Positions 44,575 through 52,279 of a DNA stretch of 64,000 nt are shown piece by piece. Source of the stretch: Planctomycetota bacterium (GTDB lineage: Bacteria > Planctomycetota > UBA1135); the NCBI GenBank assembly GCA_024229395.1, contig JAAESM010000050.1, positions 250,758 to 314,757 of the forward strand, written 5' to 3'. Made by a program: the position numbers and the translations under genes. Each line of letters starts with the position of its first letter. The stretch's first letter is position 1. The notes under the pieces are model-generated. The model was not told where the DNA came from and did no database searches. It worked only from the letters and a program-made list of their open reading frames with translations.

Positions 44575-45969
44575 CTAGTGCCAGCGTGCGATGCTGTTCT
44601 CGCGCTTGGCACCGAGGTCGAAGACCCATTGTGCGCCAACGGTGAAGAACTTCTCTTCCACATAACCTGGGTTTGTGTGGGTCATGAACATCGAGAAGCG
44701 GTTGTTCTCGTTAACCGAGTAGGTCACGAAGCCAGAGTGGTAAGAGGCATCGTTATCGATAGGGCCAGCGATACCGAGCACGTCGTTGCGAGACAGCAAC
44801 GCACCTGCGGACCAACTGGCATCGTAGACGAATTCGTACATCATCCATTCACCACGCGACTCATCATCTGCCAAGGTGCCTGGGCCGGAGCGGAACTCCG
44901 CATCGCTGATCCACAATTCGGCGGACAGTTCGTGCGACATGGTCGAATCGGGGACTTCCCAAAGGAATCCGAGGTCGAAACCGCGCAGGGTATTGCGGGC
45001 GTCGAGGCGTTCGGTGGAGCCACCACCCAAGTCGGTGAACAGCGGTTGTTCTGGAGCGTAGTAAGCACTGGCTCCGGCACGCCCTTTCATGCCACTACCG
45101 AAGTTCAACTGCAAGGAAGCACGTGCGGTACCTGCCCAGTTGGAGAAGCCGCGACGACCGACGCCGGCAGGCCCGCTGGAATCCAGACCGTTACCGAAGC
45201 CATCGACGTCTTGGCTTTCGACGTCGCCAGCCAAACCGACCGACCAACGGAAGTAGCCATCCTCGATCGGCATGCCGTGGTGCAGTTCGGCACCAGTCAT
45301 GACCATGTTGCCGCCGAGAAAGGAGCGGCGTACACCATCCAAGGAAGGTGCTGCGAACTCATTCGCCATCACGGTGTTCCATGCGCCAAGGTCAGCAAGA
45401 TACTTACCGACTTGTGCATCCATGCGGCCGGGGACGAAGTCACCAGCGAAGTCTTCGATCCATGCACCTGCTTCGCGCAACACGAAGTCGGTGCCGTTGC
45501 CACCGTCGGAGAAATCCAAGGTCGCGAAGGCGTGGCCCGTGCCATAAACAGGACTTGCGAAGTTGATCTGTGCACTACGGATGCGCAAGTCGTTGAACTC
45601 CTCGATCGAGTCTTCCTTCTCGGTGAACTCGGCGAATAAATCCAAGGTCAAACCGAAGGACATGTCGCGGATGAAACGACCGGTCGGGGAATCCCACTCG
45701 GGACCGTCTTCTGCCAACCAAGCAGCTAAGGCTTCAGCCTCCACATCGGTGACAGGCGGCTCTAGGCCCATTGGTACTTCTACGACGATTGGCTCCTGCG
45801 GCTCCTGCGGCTCCTGCGGCTCCTGCGGCTCCTGCGGCTCCTGCGGCTCCTGCGGCTCGTCGGCCACCAAGGCATCGAAGATGGATGGTCCCTCTTCGAC
45901 GACCGGTTCGACCGGCTCCTGGAATAGCGGCAGCGGTGCAAAAAGTAGGAGTTGAGCGGTGATTAACAT
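44575..45969 (-). CDS. putative outer-membrane beta-barrel (porin-like) protein with an N-terminal (EPQ)7 repeat linker
   Basis: Signal MLITAQLLLFAPLPLFQEP (ATG verified at 45969), followed by an acidic linker. About 380 aa then show alternating hydrophobic beta-strand periodicity and many G/Y/F/W/D/N residues. The terminal strand is ...FTVGAQWVFDLGA.... Confidence 0.45.
   Translation of the reverse strand: MLITAQLLLFAPLPLFQEPVEPVVEEGPSIFDALVADEPQEPQEPQEPQEPQEPQEPQEPIVVEVPMGLEPPVTDVEAEALAAWLAEDGPEWDSPTGRFIRDMSFGLTLDLFAEFTEKEDSIEEFNDLRIRSAQINFASPVYGTGHAFATLDFSDGGNGTDFVLREAGAWIEDFAGDFVPGRMDAQVGKYLADLGAWNTVMANEFAAPSLDGVRRSFLGGNMVMTGAELHHGMPIEDGYFRWSVGLAGDVESQDVDGFGNGLDSSGPAGVGRRGFSNWAGTARASLQLNFGSGMKGRAGASAYYAPEQPLFTDLGGGSTERLDARNTLRGFDLGFLWEVPDSTMSHELSAELWISDAEFRSGPGTLADDESRGEWMMYEFVYDASWSAGALLSRNDVLGIAGPIDNDASYHSGFVTYSVNENNRFSMFMTHTNPGYVEEKFFTVGAQWVFDLGAKRENSIARWH
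45791..45853 (-). repeat. perfect 9-bp tandem repeat x7 (ggctcctgc; coding strand CCGCAGGAG, giving EPQ)
   Basis: Seven identical head-to-tail copies span 45791-45853, followed by a degenerate eighth copy (ggctcgtcg). It is in-frame and encodes EPQEPQEPQEPQEPQEPQEPQ. Confidence 0.95.
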
Positions 45970-46154
45970 GATGGTCACTTCGTTTACGGGTGCAGCCAGT
46001 ACGGGGCGTCGACCGCGTATGAAAACTAGGTTATAGGATACCCAAGTACAGTCCAAATCCAAGCTTAGCGATGACTTTTGCCCGCTTTTTGATAGGCCAA
46101 AAAGACCCGAAGTCGGTGGTTCTAGATACAATGCCTGCCCACAGGAGTGGAAGA

Positions 46155-47063
46155 ATGGCTGACAACACTGAGCACCCGGTCTACGGTTCCACTTCGGAAA
46201 CGGCCCCAACTGAGCGCCAAATGCCGTCCAAAGTGACGGTGCCAAGCTTGGTTGCCCGCAAAGGAACGGCGAAAAAGATCCTTTGCCTAACGGCTTATGA
46301 CTACCCCACTGCGCGGCTGGTAGATGAAGCAGGCTTCGACTTGATCCTGGTCGGTGATTCGATGGCCAACGTCGTGCTAGGCCACGCCAGCACCTTGAAG
46401 ATCTCCTTGGACCAAATCATCAGTGCCACGCGTGCAGTGAAACGCGCTGCAGACCGGCCCTTAGTCGTGGCCGACATGCCCTTCGGCACTTACCACGTGT
46501 CGCCTGCCGATACCGCGAGTAACGCACTGCGTTTGATTCGCGAAGGTGGTGCTCAAGCAGTCAAGTTGGAAGGTGGTGAAGCACGTGCACATCTGGTGCG
46601 CACCTTGGTCGACGCCGATATCCCAGTAATGGGTCACATCGGTTTGTTGCCACAGTCCGTCAACGCGCGCGGTGGTTATCGCGTGCAAGGCAAGACTGCC
46701 GAAGGCGCCCGGCAATTGTTGAATGATGCCCTAGCGCTGGAAGAAGCTGGAGTCTTCGCCATCGTGCTCGAAGGTGTTCCGGCCAACGTTGCTGAAAGAA
46801 TCAGTGAACGTCTGACCGTGCCGACCATTGGCATCGGTGCTGGTGGTGGTTGCGATGGACAAATCCTGGTCTTCCACGACGTGATGGGATTGTCACTTGG
46901 GCCAGCACCGAAGTTCGTCAAGCGCTACGCGAATGTAGCGGAGATCATGCGCACGGCTTTGGGTGAGTTGGTGGATGATATGCGTACCGGTGATTTCCCG
47001 GCCGAGGAGCATACTTACCCCACCCACGAAGAGCTTCCCGACGATTGGGACTACGGCATCTAG
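46155..47063 (+). CDS. panB: 3-methyl-2-oxobutanoate hydroxymethyltransferase
   Basis: KKILCLTAYDYPTARLVDEAGFDLILVGDSMANVVLGH, ADMPFGTY, VKLEGG, MGHIGLLPQS and VLEGVP. The ATG at 46155 has GGAG upstream; the ORF-track start at 46071 is probably too long. Confidence 0.9.
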   Translation: MADNTEHPVYGSTSETAPTERQMPSKVTVPSLVARKGTAKKILCLTAYDYPTARLVDEAGFDLILVGDSMANVVLGHASTLKISLDQIISATRAVKRAADRPLVVADMPFGTYHVSPADTASNALRLIREGGAQAVKLEGGEARAHLVRTLVDADIPVMGHIGLLPQSVNARGGYRVQGKTAEGARQLLNDALALEEAGVFAIVLEGVPANVAERISERLTVPTIGIGAGGGCDGQILVFHDVMGLSLGPAPKFVKRYANVAEIMRTALGELVDDMRTGDFPAEEHTYPTHEELPDDWDYGI

Positions 47064-47067
47064 CCGA

Positions 47068-49005
47068 TCAGAATTCCTTCTCGACCGTGATGCGCTTGCC
47101 CTGCATGAAGTGTCCGGCATTGGCGATATCCGGAGCAATCTTCACAGTCTCTCCCAAACCATGCGTTCCCTGGAGTTTGGCATGCGCACTTCGTAGGCCA
47201 CCTAACCACCAGCGCCTGTCGCAAAGGTAGACCAGGTCGCCTTCATTGGCGGATAAGTGGTGCATGCCTTCTGGGTCTACGCAGACCGTGCCTTCGGCCA
47301 GACTGTCATCGACTTCCCAGGTCATTGGCAACTTGAAGCCGGGCGTATCGTTGGGTTCACCACCCTTGAAGTAACGGCGCGCGTAAGACAACGTCCATAG
47401 CGTGAGGCCCTCGAGCTTGCGATCCTTGCTGGGTGTCAGCAGGCTGGCGATGATGCCGATGCCGAAGCAGGCCAACAGGTTGTAGAGCGCACCGATGTAG
47501 GTGTACGGCGCCTTACCCCCTTCCGGCAATGGGATGCCATGCGAGAACAAGCCGATGATCTGTTCTGGCCAAGTGCGGCCGAGGATGATCAACAAGATGC
47601 CTCCAGCGAAGGTCGCGATTGCACCCGCGGAGTTGAAACGCTTCCAGAAGATGCCAAGGAAGATGCAGGCCACAAGTGGTGGCGAGATGGTGCTCTGGAA
47701 GAAGGCGTGGGCGGTGTAGAGGTCCTCGAACTGCGCAAACATCCAAGCCGCTGCCACACCAATCAAGGTGCCGATGGCAGAGATAATCATGGCCGCGCGC
47801 AGGAAGTGCTTGTCGCCACGTTCCTTGTTGCGCCATTTCATAATCGGCTTGTAGATATCGTTGATCGCGATCGCTGCCGAAGCGTTGATGTAGGTGTCCA
47901 CCGACGACATCAAAGCCGCAGTCACTGCTGCCACGAAGAAGCCGAAGCCTGCCGTTGAGGTGAGCAGTTGCGTGACCATCACGAACACCGTGTCCGGTGC
48001 CATGTCATCAGGGAGAATGCCGGGCTCAGTCTCGACCATGCCTGCGCCAATCCAACCGGCACAACACACTGCGATTGCCGATAGCGGCAAGGCGAACAGC
48101 ACGTTGAAGGCTGCAGCCTTACGACCATGATCGACCGAACGGCATGCCATGAAGCGCATGATCAAGCCCTGACTCATGAACAGGAATGCGATCGAACCAG
48201 CGATCGCATCTTGCCAGAAGATGCCGACGAAGTTGAAACTCGGGTCATCGTTGAAGTTCGCCAGTGGCAACTTGAACTCGTCGGGCAAGGCATTCCAGAA
48301 GGCGTCGAAACCGCCAAACCAGTTCAATCCAAGCAGGAAGAGCATCAGGCCAGCGAACAGCAGGATGAAACCCTGCAGCAGGTCGGTGAAGATCACCGCA
48401 GTCTGTCCACCGAAGGTGATGTAGACACCAGCGACCACCGCCACCACCCAGATGATGTCCATCAGGCTCCAACCCAGAGCGCCTCCGACGATGGGCTCCA
48501 AGGTGCGTGCCATGGTCAAGAAACCAATACCCACATAGCCGATCATGTAGACCAGCTGCACCAAGGTGGCGAGCAGGCGCACGAAGGGATTGAAGCGTCG
48601 TTCGAAATACTCCGGGATCGAACGCACCTTCATGTAATAGACGATTGGTAACCAACCGAAGATGAACAACGGCATGAAGAACCAGTCGTTCATGTACGCC
48701 ATTGAACCGGAGAACCCGTTCTCGAAACTCTTGGCGCTGTACTTGACGAAGCTATGACTGCCGACGCCGGTCGCGACGATCGACATGGTGATCAGCCACC
48801 AGGAGAAACGTCGGCCGCCGAAGAAGAAGTCCGAGGTGGAGCGGTTGAACTTGGCGAAGTAAGAACCGAAACCAAGCACCACCACGAAGTAACCGATCAG
48901 GATGCTCCAGAACAGTGGCGATTCGCCGGCAGCCGCGGCGGCTTGCGAGGCGGCATCGGATGGAGTCTCGGCCGCGTGTTGCAGCAACATCAAGGGCAGG
49001 TTCAT
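47068..49005 (-). CDS. sodium:solute symporter (SSF) family transporter with a ~100-aa soluble C-terminal extension
   Basis: The N-terminal FFFGGRRFSWWLITMSIVATGVGSHSFV is typical of SSF, followed by about 13-14 hydrophobic helices. The C-terminal EVDDSLAEGTVCVDPEGMHHLSANEGDLVYLCDRRWWLGG...ITVEKEF is non-membrane. The ATG at 49005 (cat 49003-05) avoids overlap with the upstream small ORF. Confidence 0.85.
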   Translation of the reverse strand: MNLPLMLLQHAAETPSDAASQAAAAAGESPLFWSILIGYFVVVLGFGSYFAKFNRSTSDFFFGGRRFSWWLITMSIVATGVGSHSFVKYSAKSFENGFSGSMAYMNDWFFMPLFIFGWLPIVYYMKVRSIPEYFERRFNPFVRLLATLVQLVYMIGYVGIGFLTMARTLEPIVGGALGWSLMDIIWVVAVVAGVYITFGGQTAVIFTDLLQGFILLFAGLMLFLLGLNWFGGFDAFWNALPDEFKLPLANFNDDPSFNFVGIFWQDAIAGSIAFLFMSQGLIMRFMACRSVDHGRKAAAFNVLFALPLSAIAVCCAGWIGAGMVETEPGILPDDMAPDTVFVMVTQLLTSTAGFGFFVAAVTAALMSSVDTYINASAAIAINDIYKPIMKWRNKERGDKHFLRAAMIISAIGTLIGVAAAWMFAQFEDLYTAHAFFQSTISPPLVACIFLGIFWKRFNSAGAIATFAGGILLIILGRTWPEQIIGLFSHGIPLPEGGKAPYTYIGALYNLLACFGIGIIASLLTPSKDRKLEGLTLWTLSYARRYFKGGEPNDTPGFKLPMTWEVDDSLAEGTVCVDPEGMHHLSANEGDLVYLCDRRWWLGGLRSAHAKLQGTHGLGETVKIAPDIANAGHFMQGKRITVEKEF

Positions 49006-49009
49006 CAGG

Positions 49010-49225
49010 CTACAGATTGATAGCGGCGAGAGTGCCAAGTCCGTGGATGGCTGCGTACCAGCAGAAGCCGAAGAGCAAGACGCCGAGCCAACGACGATGT
49101 GAACGGCGCTTCCAATCCAACGCGCCGCTCTTCAGGACCAGCAGGATGCCGCTGAAGAAGCAGAAGCCTCCAACTCCGTACAGATAGATGTACGGCAACC
49201 AAACGCGATCAAAGGGCAAGTCCAT
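49010..49225 (-). CDS. small (71 aa) two-TM membrane protein immediately upstream of the symporter (possible symporter-associated subunit)
   Basis: ATG at 49225 (cat 49223-25). MDLPFDRVWLPYIYLYGVGGFCFFSGILLVLKSGALDWKRRSHRRWLGVLLFGFCWYAAIHGLGTLAAINL has two hydrophobic helices. The stop lies 4 nt before the symporter ATG. The rest of the 211-aa track ORF is antisense to the riboswitch and leader. Confidence 0.45.
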   Translation of the reverse strand: MDLPFDRVWLPYIYLYGVGGFCFFSGILLVLKSGALDWKRRSHRRWLGVLLFGFCWYAAIHGLGTLAAINL

Positions 49226-49333
49226 CGGCACAACATCATAGCCGCGCCTGCGCTTGTCGAGCGCCGGCCTGCGGCTTTGCTGGGTGGAAGCATGGTGGGA
49301 GTTGTGCTGCATCCGCGCACCGCTTAGAATCGC

Positions 49334-49430
49334 CCCTGCATCTAGACGGGAGGAGGGTAAGGCCCTGCGAATCTCGGCCAACCGGCACAGCACGGTGGCA
49401 ATGCCTTTCGCTGCGGCGAAGCGATGCGGG
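49334..49430 (+). promoter_or_regulatory. candidate SAM-I (S-box) riboswitch aptamer in the 5' leader of the homocysteine methyltransferase/MTHFR gene
   Basis: An ungapped by-eye alignment to the T. tengcongensis SAM-I core compares UAGACGGGAGGAGGGUAAGGCCCUGCGAAUCUCGGCCAACC with AAGAGAGGUGGAGGGACUGGCCCGAUGAAACCCGGCAACC. GGUGGCAAUGCC compares with GGUGCCAAUUCC. The helices can be drawn as follows: P1 is CCUGCAUC (49335-42) / GAUGCGGG (49423-30). P2b is GGG/CCC with a 5-nt loop. The K-turn GA/GA is kept. P3 is ACCG/CGGU (49381-84/49393-96). P4 is UUCGC-UGCG-GCGAA (49407-20). The pseudoknot is AAGGC/GCCUU. Confidence 0.55.
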
Positions 49431-49462
49431 AGTCCTCTCCTACCGTCGGTGGTGCATTCTTC

Positions 49463-51337
49463 ATGAATCCAAGCCCTCCACCACGGCCCGACCTTCAAAC
49501 CACCCTCGAAAGCAGCATCCTGGTGCTCGACGGCGCCATGGGCACGCAACTGCACGAACGCGGCATCGCCTTCAATAGTAGCTTCGAGACCGCCAACGTC
49601 GACAAGCCGAACTGGGTGCAGGAAGTCCATCAATCCTTCCTGCAAGCGGGCGCCGACGCCATCCTAACCAATACCTTTGGTGCCAACCGCTATCGCCTTG
49701 GCCGCCACCAACTTGGCGATCAGCTGCAGGCCTTGCTCGAAGCTGGTGGCAGTTTGGCACGCGAAAGTGCCGGCGATCAGGCTTATGTGATCGGTTCGCT
49801 TGGACCGCTAGGTGTGGAGCTGGAACCGATCGGACGTCTGGAAGAAGCCGAGGCGCGCTTGGCCTTCGCCGAGAGTGCCAAGATCTTGGCGCCTTTCGTG
49901 GATGGCTTCTCGCTCGAGACCTTCGATAACATCGCCGAGCTCGAGCAAGCGATTCGCGCTGTGCGTGAAGTCAGTGACCTTCCGGTCATGGCATTCCTGA
50001 CGGTAGGCGATGACACGCGCACCCAACATGGTGCAACGGCTTCCTCAGTCGCTGTGCGTGCCGCAAATGCCGGCGCCAGCATGGTCGGCTTCAACTGCAG
50101 TAGTGGCCCGCGCGTGGTGCTGGAGGCGGTGCGCCAAGCCAGTCAAGAGATTGAACTGCCACTCGGCGCCAAGCCCAATGCCGGTATGCCGCGCCAAGTG
50201 GATGGGCGCATCTTCTACGAGAACGACCCGGATTATTTCGCACGTTTCGCACGGCGCTTCCTGCAGGTGGGCGGCCAGGTGATCGGTGGGTGCTGCGGCA
50301 CGACCCCGGAGCACATTCGCGCCATTACCCGCGCAGCCCGCGCCGGACGTCAGCATATGCACCATGTCGGTGCGCATCCACATCAGGTCAGCGCCAAGCC
50401 GAAGAAAGCAAGCCCTGGCGTGGAACCTGTACCGCTGAAGCGCCGCTCGGCTTTCGGCAGTGCCTTGGCCAGTGGACGCACTGTGATCAGTGTGGAGTTG
50501 GTGCCACCGCGCACCACCGATACCAGTAAGTTGATCCATGCTGCGCGTGAATTGCATGTTGCAGGCGTGGATGCGGTGAACTTGCCGGATGGACCGCGAG
50601 CATCGGCACGCTTGTCGAATATGGCCACCGCCACCATATTGTTACGCGAGACCCGGATTGAACCGTTGCTGCATTTCTGTTGCCGCGACCGCAACCTGCT
50701 AGGCATGCAGTCAGACCTGCTCGGTGCTGCCGCTTTGGGTTTGCACAATCTGTTGATCGTGACTGGCGACCCACCTTATCAAGGGGACTATCCCGATCTG
50801 ACCGCGGTCTTCGATGTCGACGCCATCGGCTTGTGCAACATCGTCGCCAACTTGAATCGTGGTCTGGACCTTGGCGGCAACCCATTGGGATCCCCCACCG
50901 CATTCTGCTTCGGCGGGGCCTTGAACCATACTGCACTGGACATGGAGCGCGAGTTGGAACGTCTGAAGTGGAAGGTTGAATCAGGCGTGAACTACCTAAT
51001 CACTCAACCGGTATTCGACGCCGCTTCCTTACTCGAGATGGAAGCGCATTTCCCCGACGATATGCCGCCCGTACTGGCTGGCATTTGGCCGCTGCGCAGC
51101 TTGCGCAATGCCGAGTTCCTGCATTCCGAGGTTCCTGGCGTACGATTACCGCAAGTGATACTGGAGCGTATGCGTAAGGCCGAGGATGCCGGGCGTGCCG
51201 CCGAGGAAGGCTTGCTGATCGCAACCGAGACCATCAAAGATTTGCAGGGCAAGGTCGCTGGATTCCAGGTTGCTGCCCCCTTCAACAAGGTCGAACCGGC
51301 CCTCGAGCTTACGGAGCTGATTCGCGCAGGCGATTGA
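49463..51337 (+). CDS. bifunctional homocysteine S-methyltransferase / 5,10-methylenetetrahydrofolate reductase (YitJ-like)
   Basis: The N-terminal Hcy-binding domain has ILVLDGAMGTQLHERGI, NTFGAN and GGCCGTTPEHI. The C-terminal MTHFR domain has ISVELVPPRT, LLHFCCRDRN, LLIVTGDPP and YLITQPVFD. The start is at the ATG at 49463 or the ATG at 49424. Confidence 0.85.
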   Translation: MNPSPPPRPDLQTTLESSILVLDGAMGTQLHERGIAFNSSFETANVDKPNWVQEVHQSFLQAGADAILTNTFGANRYRLGRHQLGDQLQALLEAGGSLARESAGDQAYVIGSLGPLGVELEPIGRLEEAEARLAFAESAKILAPFVDGFSLETFDNIAELEQAIRAVREVSDLPVMAFLTVGDDTRTQHGATASSVAVRAANAGASMVGFNCSSGPRVVLEAVRQASQEIELPLGAKPNAGMPRQVDGRIFYENDPDYFARFARRFLQVGGQVIGGCCGTTPEHIRAITRAARAGRQHMHHVGAHPHQVSAKPKKASPGVEPVPLKRRSAFGSALASGRTVISVELVPPRTTDTSKLIHAARELHVAGVDAVNLPDGPRASARLSNMATATILLRETRIEPLLHFCCRDRNLLGMQSDLLGAAALGLHNLLIVTGDPPYQGDYPDLTAVFDVDAIGLCNIVANLNRGLDLGGNPLGSPTAFCFGGALNHTALDMERELERLKWKVESGVNYLITQPVFDAASLLEMEAHFPDDMPPVLAGIWPLRSLRNAEFLHSEVPGVRLPQVILERMRKAEDAGRAAEEGLLIATETIKDLQGKVAGFQVAAPFNKVEPALELTELIRAGD

Positions 51338-52220
51338 CCAAACGTGGCAAGGCGGTGACATGCGGCACGATGAAGTCGATGTCTTGCGGGCGCGGACCTA
51401 CCGACTCCAACACCCAATCAGGTGTATGCGGCAGATGCATGATGCCAATGCCACGTGGCGCGACGGCTTCACCGGCAGCGCGCATTGCCAATGGCATGGC
51501 AAGGTCTAAGGAAAGTACATCCCCAACCAATAGGTCTGGGTTCTCACGCTCGATGATGGCGCGATACTGCGGGCGATCAACATGGACCTCACGCCCGGCG
51601 AAGTCCATCACTTGATGGCTATCGCCTAGCCACTGCTTGCCGGCACGACCGTAGACGCGCAGCGGTACCTCACCGGGTTCGGTAGTGGCTGCATCCGCCA
51701 CGCCGAAACCATGGTGCGCGAACCAACCGACGATCTTCTCGGCCGGTGCATTGGTTGCGAAGACCACATGGACATCGTTGCTGCACAACCATTGCAGCAC
51801 GCGCTCGGCGCCTTCGGTGAGATCGTGGTCGACCTCGGCGCGGAAACGCGCGCAAGTGTCGTGGTAGCAGTAGTCGAGGAACTCCAACACCGAACCGAAA
51901 TCACGCAGCACCGCTTCTTTCAAACTGCCTGTGGTCTTGCATGGCGCTTGATCGATGTATTGGCCGATCGAAGTGGGCACGGCGAAGTAATCCTCATCCA
52001 CATAGGAGCTCAAGCGGCCCTCGATCTTCCAACCATGCTGGTCCGGCGAGGCCAAGACGGCGGCGCGGAAGCTGTCATAGGCCCCCTGCAGCTCGTCGGG
52101 AGACATGCCGGCTAGACGTGCCAGTTCATCGCGCACGGTGGTGTGCACGGCCTGCAGCTCGCGCCACGGGTTGGTCCAGACTCCATCGAAGTCCGTTAAA
52201 AAAGCTAAGGGGCTCGCCAT
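51309..52220 (-). CDS. HAD-superfamily hydrolase-like protein
   Basis: Motif I is FLTDFDGVWT (DxDG), motif II is VVFATNAP, and motif IV is LLVGDVLSLD (GDxxxxD). It has a large cap insertion. The 3' end overlaps the convergent MTHFR gene by 29 nt. Confidence 0.5.
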   Translation of the reverse strand: MASPLAFLTDFDGVWTNPWRELQAVHTTVRDELARLAGMSPDELQGAYDSFRAAVLASPDQHGWKIEGRLSSYVDEDYFAVPTSIGQYIDQAPCKTTGSLKEAVLRDFGSVLEFLDYCYHDTCARFRAEVDHDLTEGAERVLQWLCSNDVHVVFATNAPAEKIVGWFAHHGFGVADAATTEPGEVPLRVYGRAGKQWLGDSHQVMDFAGREVHVDRPQYRAIIERENPDLLVGDVLSLDLAMPLAMRAAGEAVAPRGIGIMHLPHTPDWVLESVGPRPQDIDFIVPHVTALPRLVNRLRESAP

Positions 52221-52232
52221 GAGCCCCTTAGC
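52198..52232 (-). terminator. terminator-like hairpin plus U-tract on the minus strand, enclosing the HAD-like gene start codon
   Basis: The minus strand reads GCTAAGGGGCTC-ATGGC-GAGCCCCTTAGC-TTTTTT: a 12-bp perfect stem, a 5-nt loop containing the ATG at 52220, then six T. It lies 48 nt downstream of the lipoprotein gene stop. Confidence 0.5.
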
Positions 52233-52279
52233 CTAGTGTCCGCGGGCGCGGACGCAAAGAGTCTTGCTATGAAATCAGC

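Noticed and set aside
45791-45853. CRISPR-like or minisatellite non-coding array
   Set aside because: The units are 9 bp with no spacers, in-frame inside an ORF, and there are no cas genes. It is a coding tandem repeat.
49226-49645. Upstream two-thirds of the 211-aa minus-strand ORF 49010..49645
   Set aside because: It is antisense to the riboswitch-like leader and to the 5' end of the Hcy-methyltransferase gene, and its sequence is featureless. Only the last 71 codons (from the ATG at 49225) look like a real two-TM protein.
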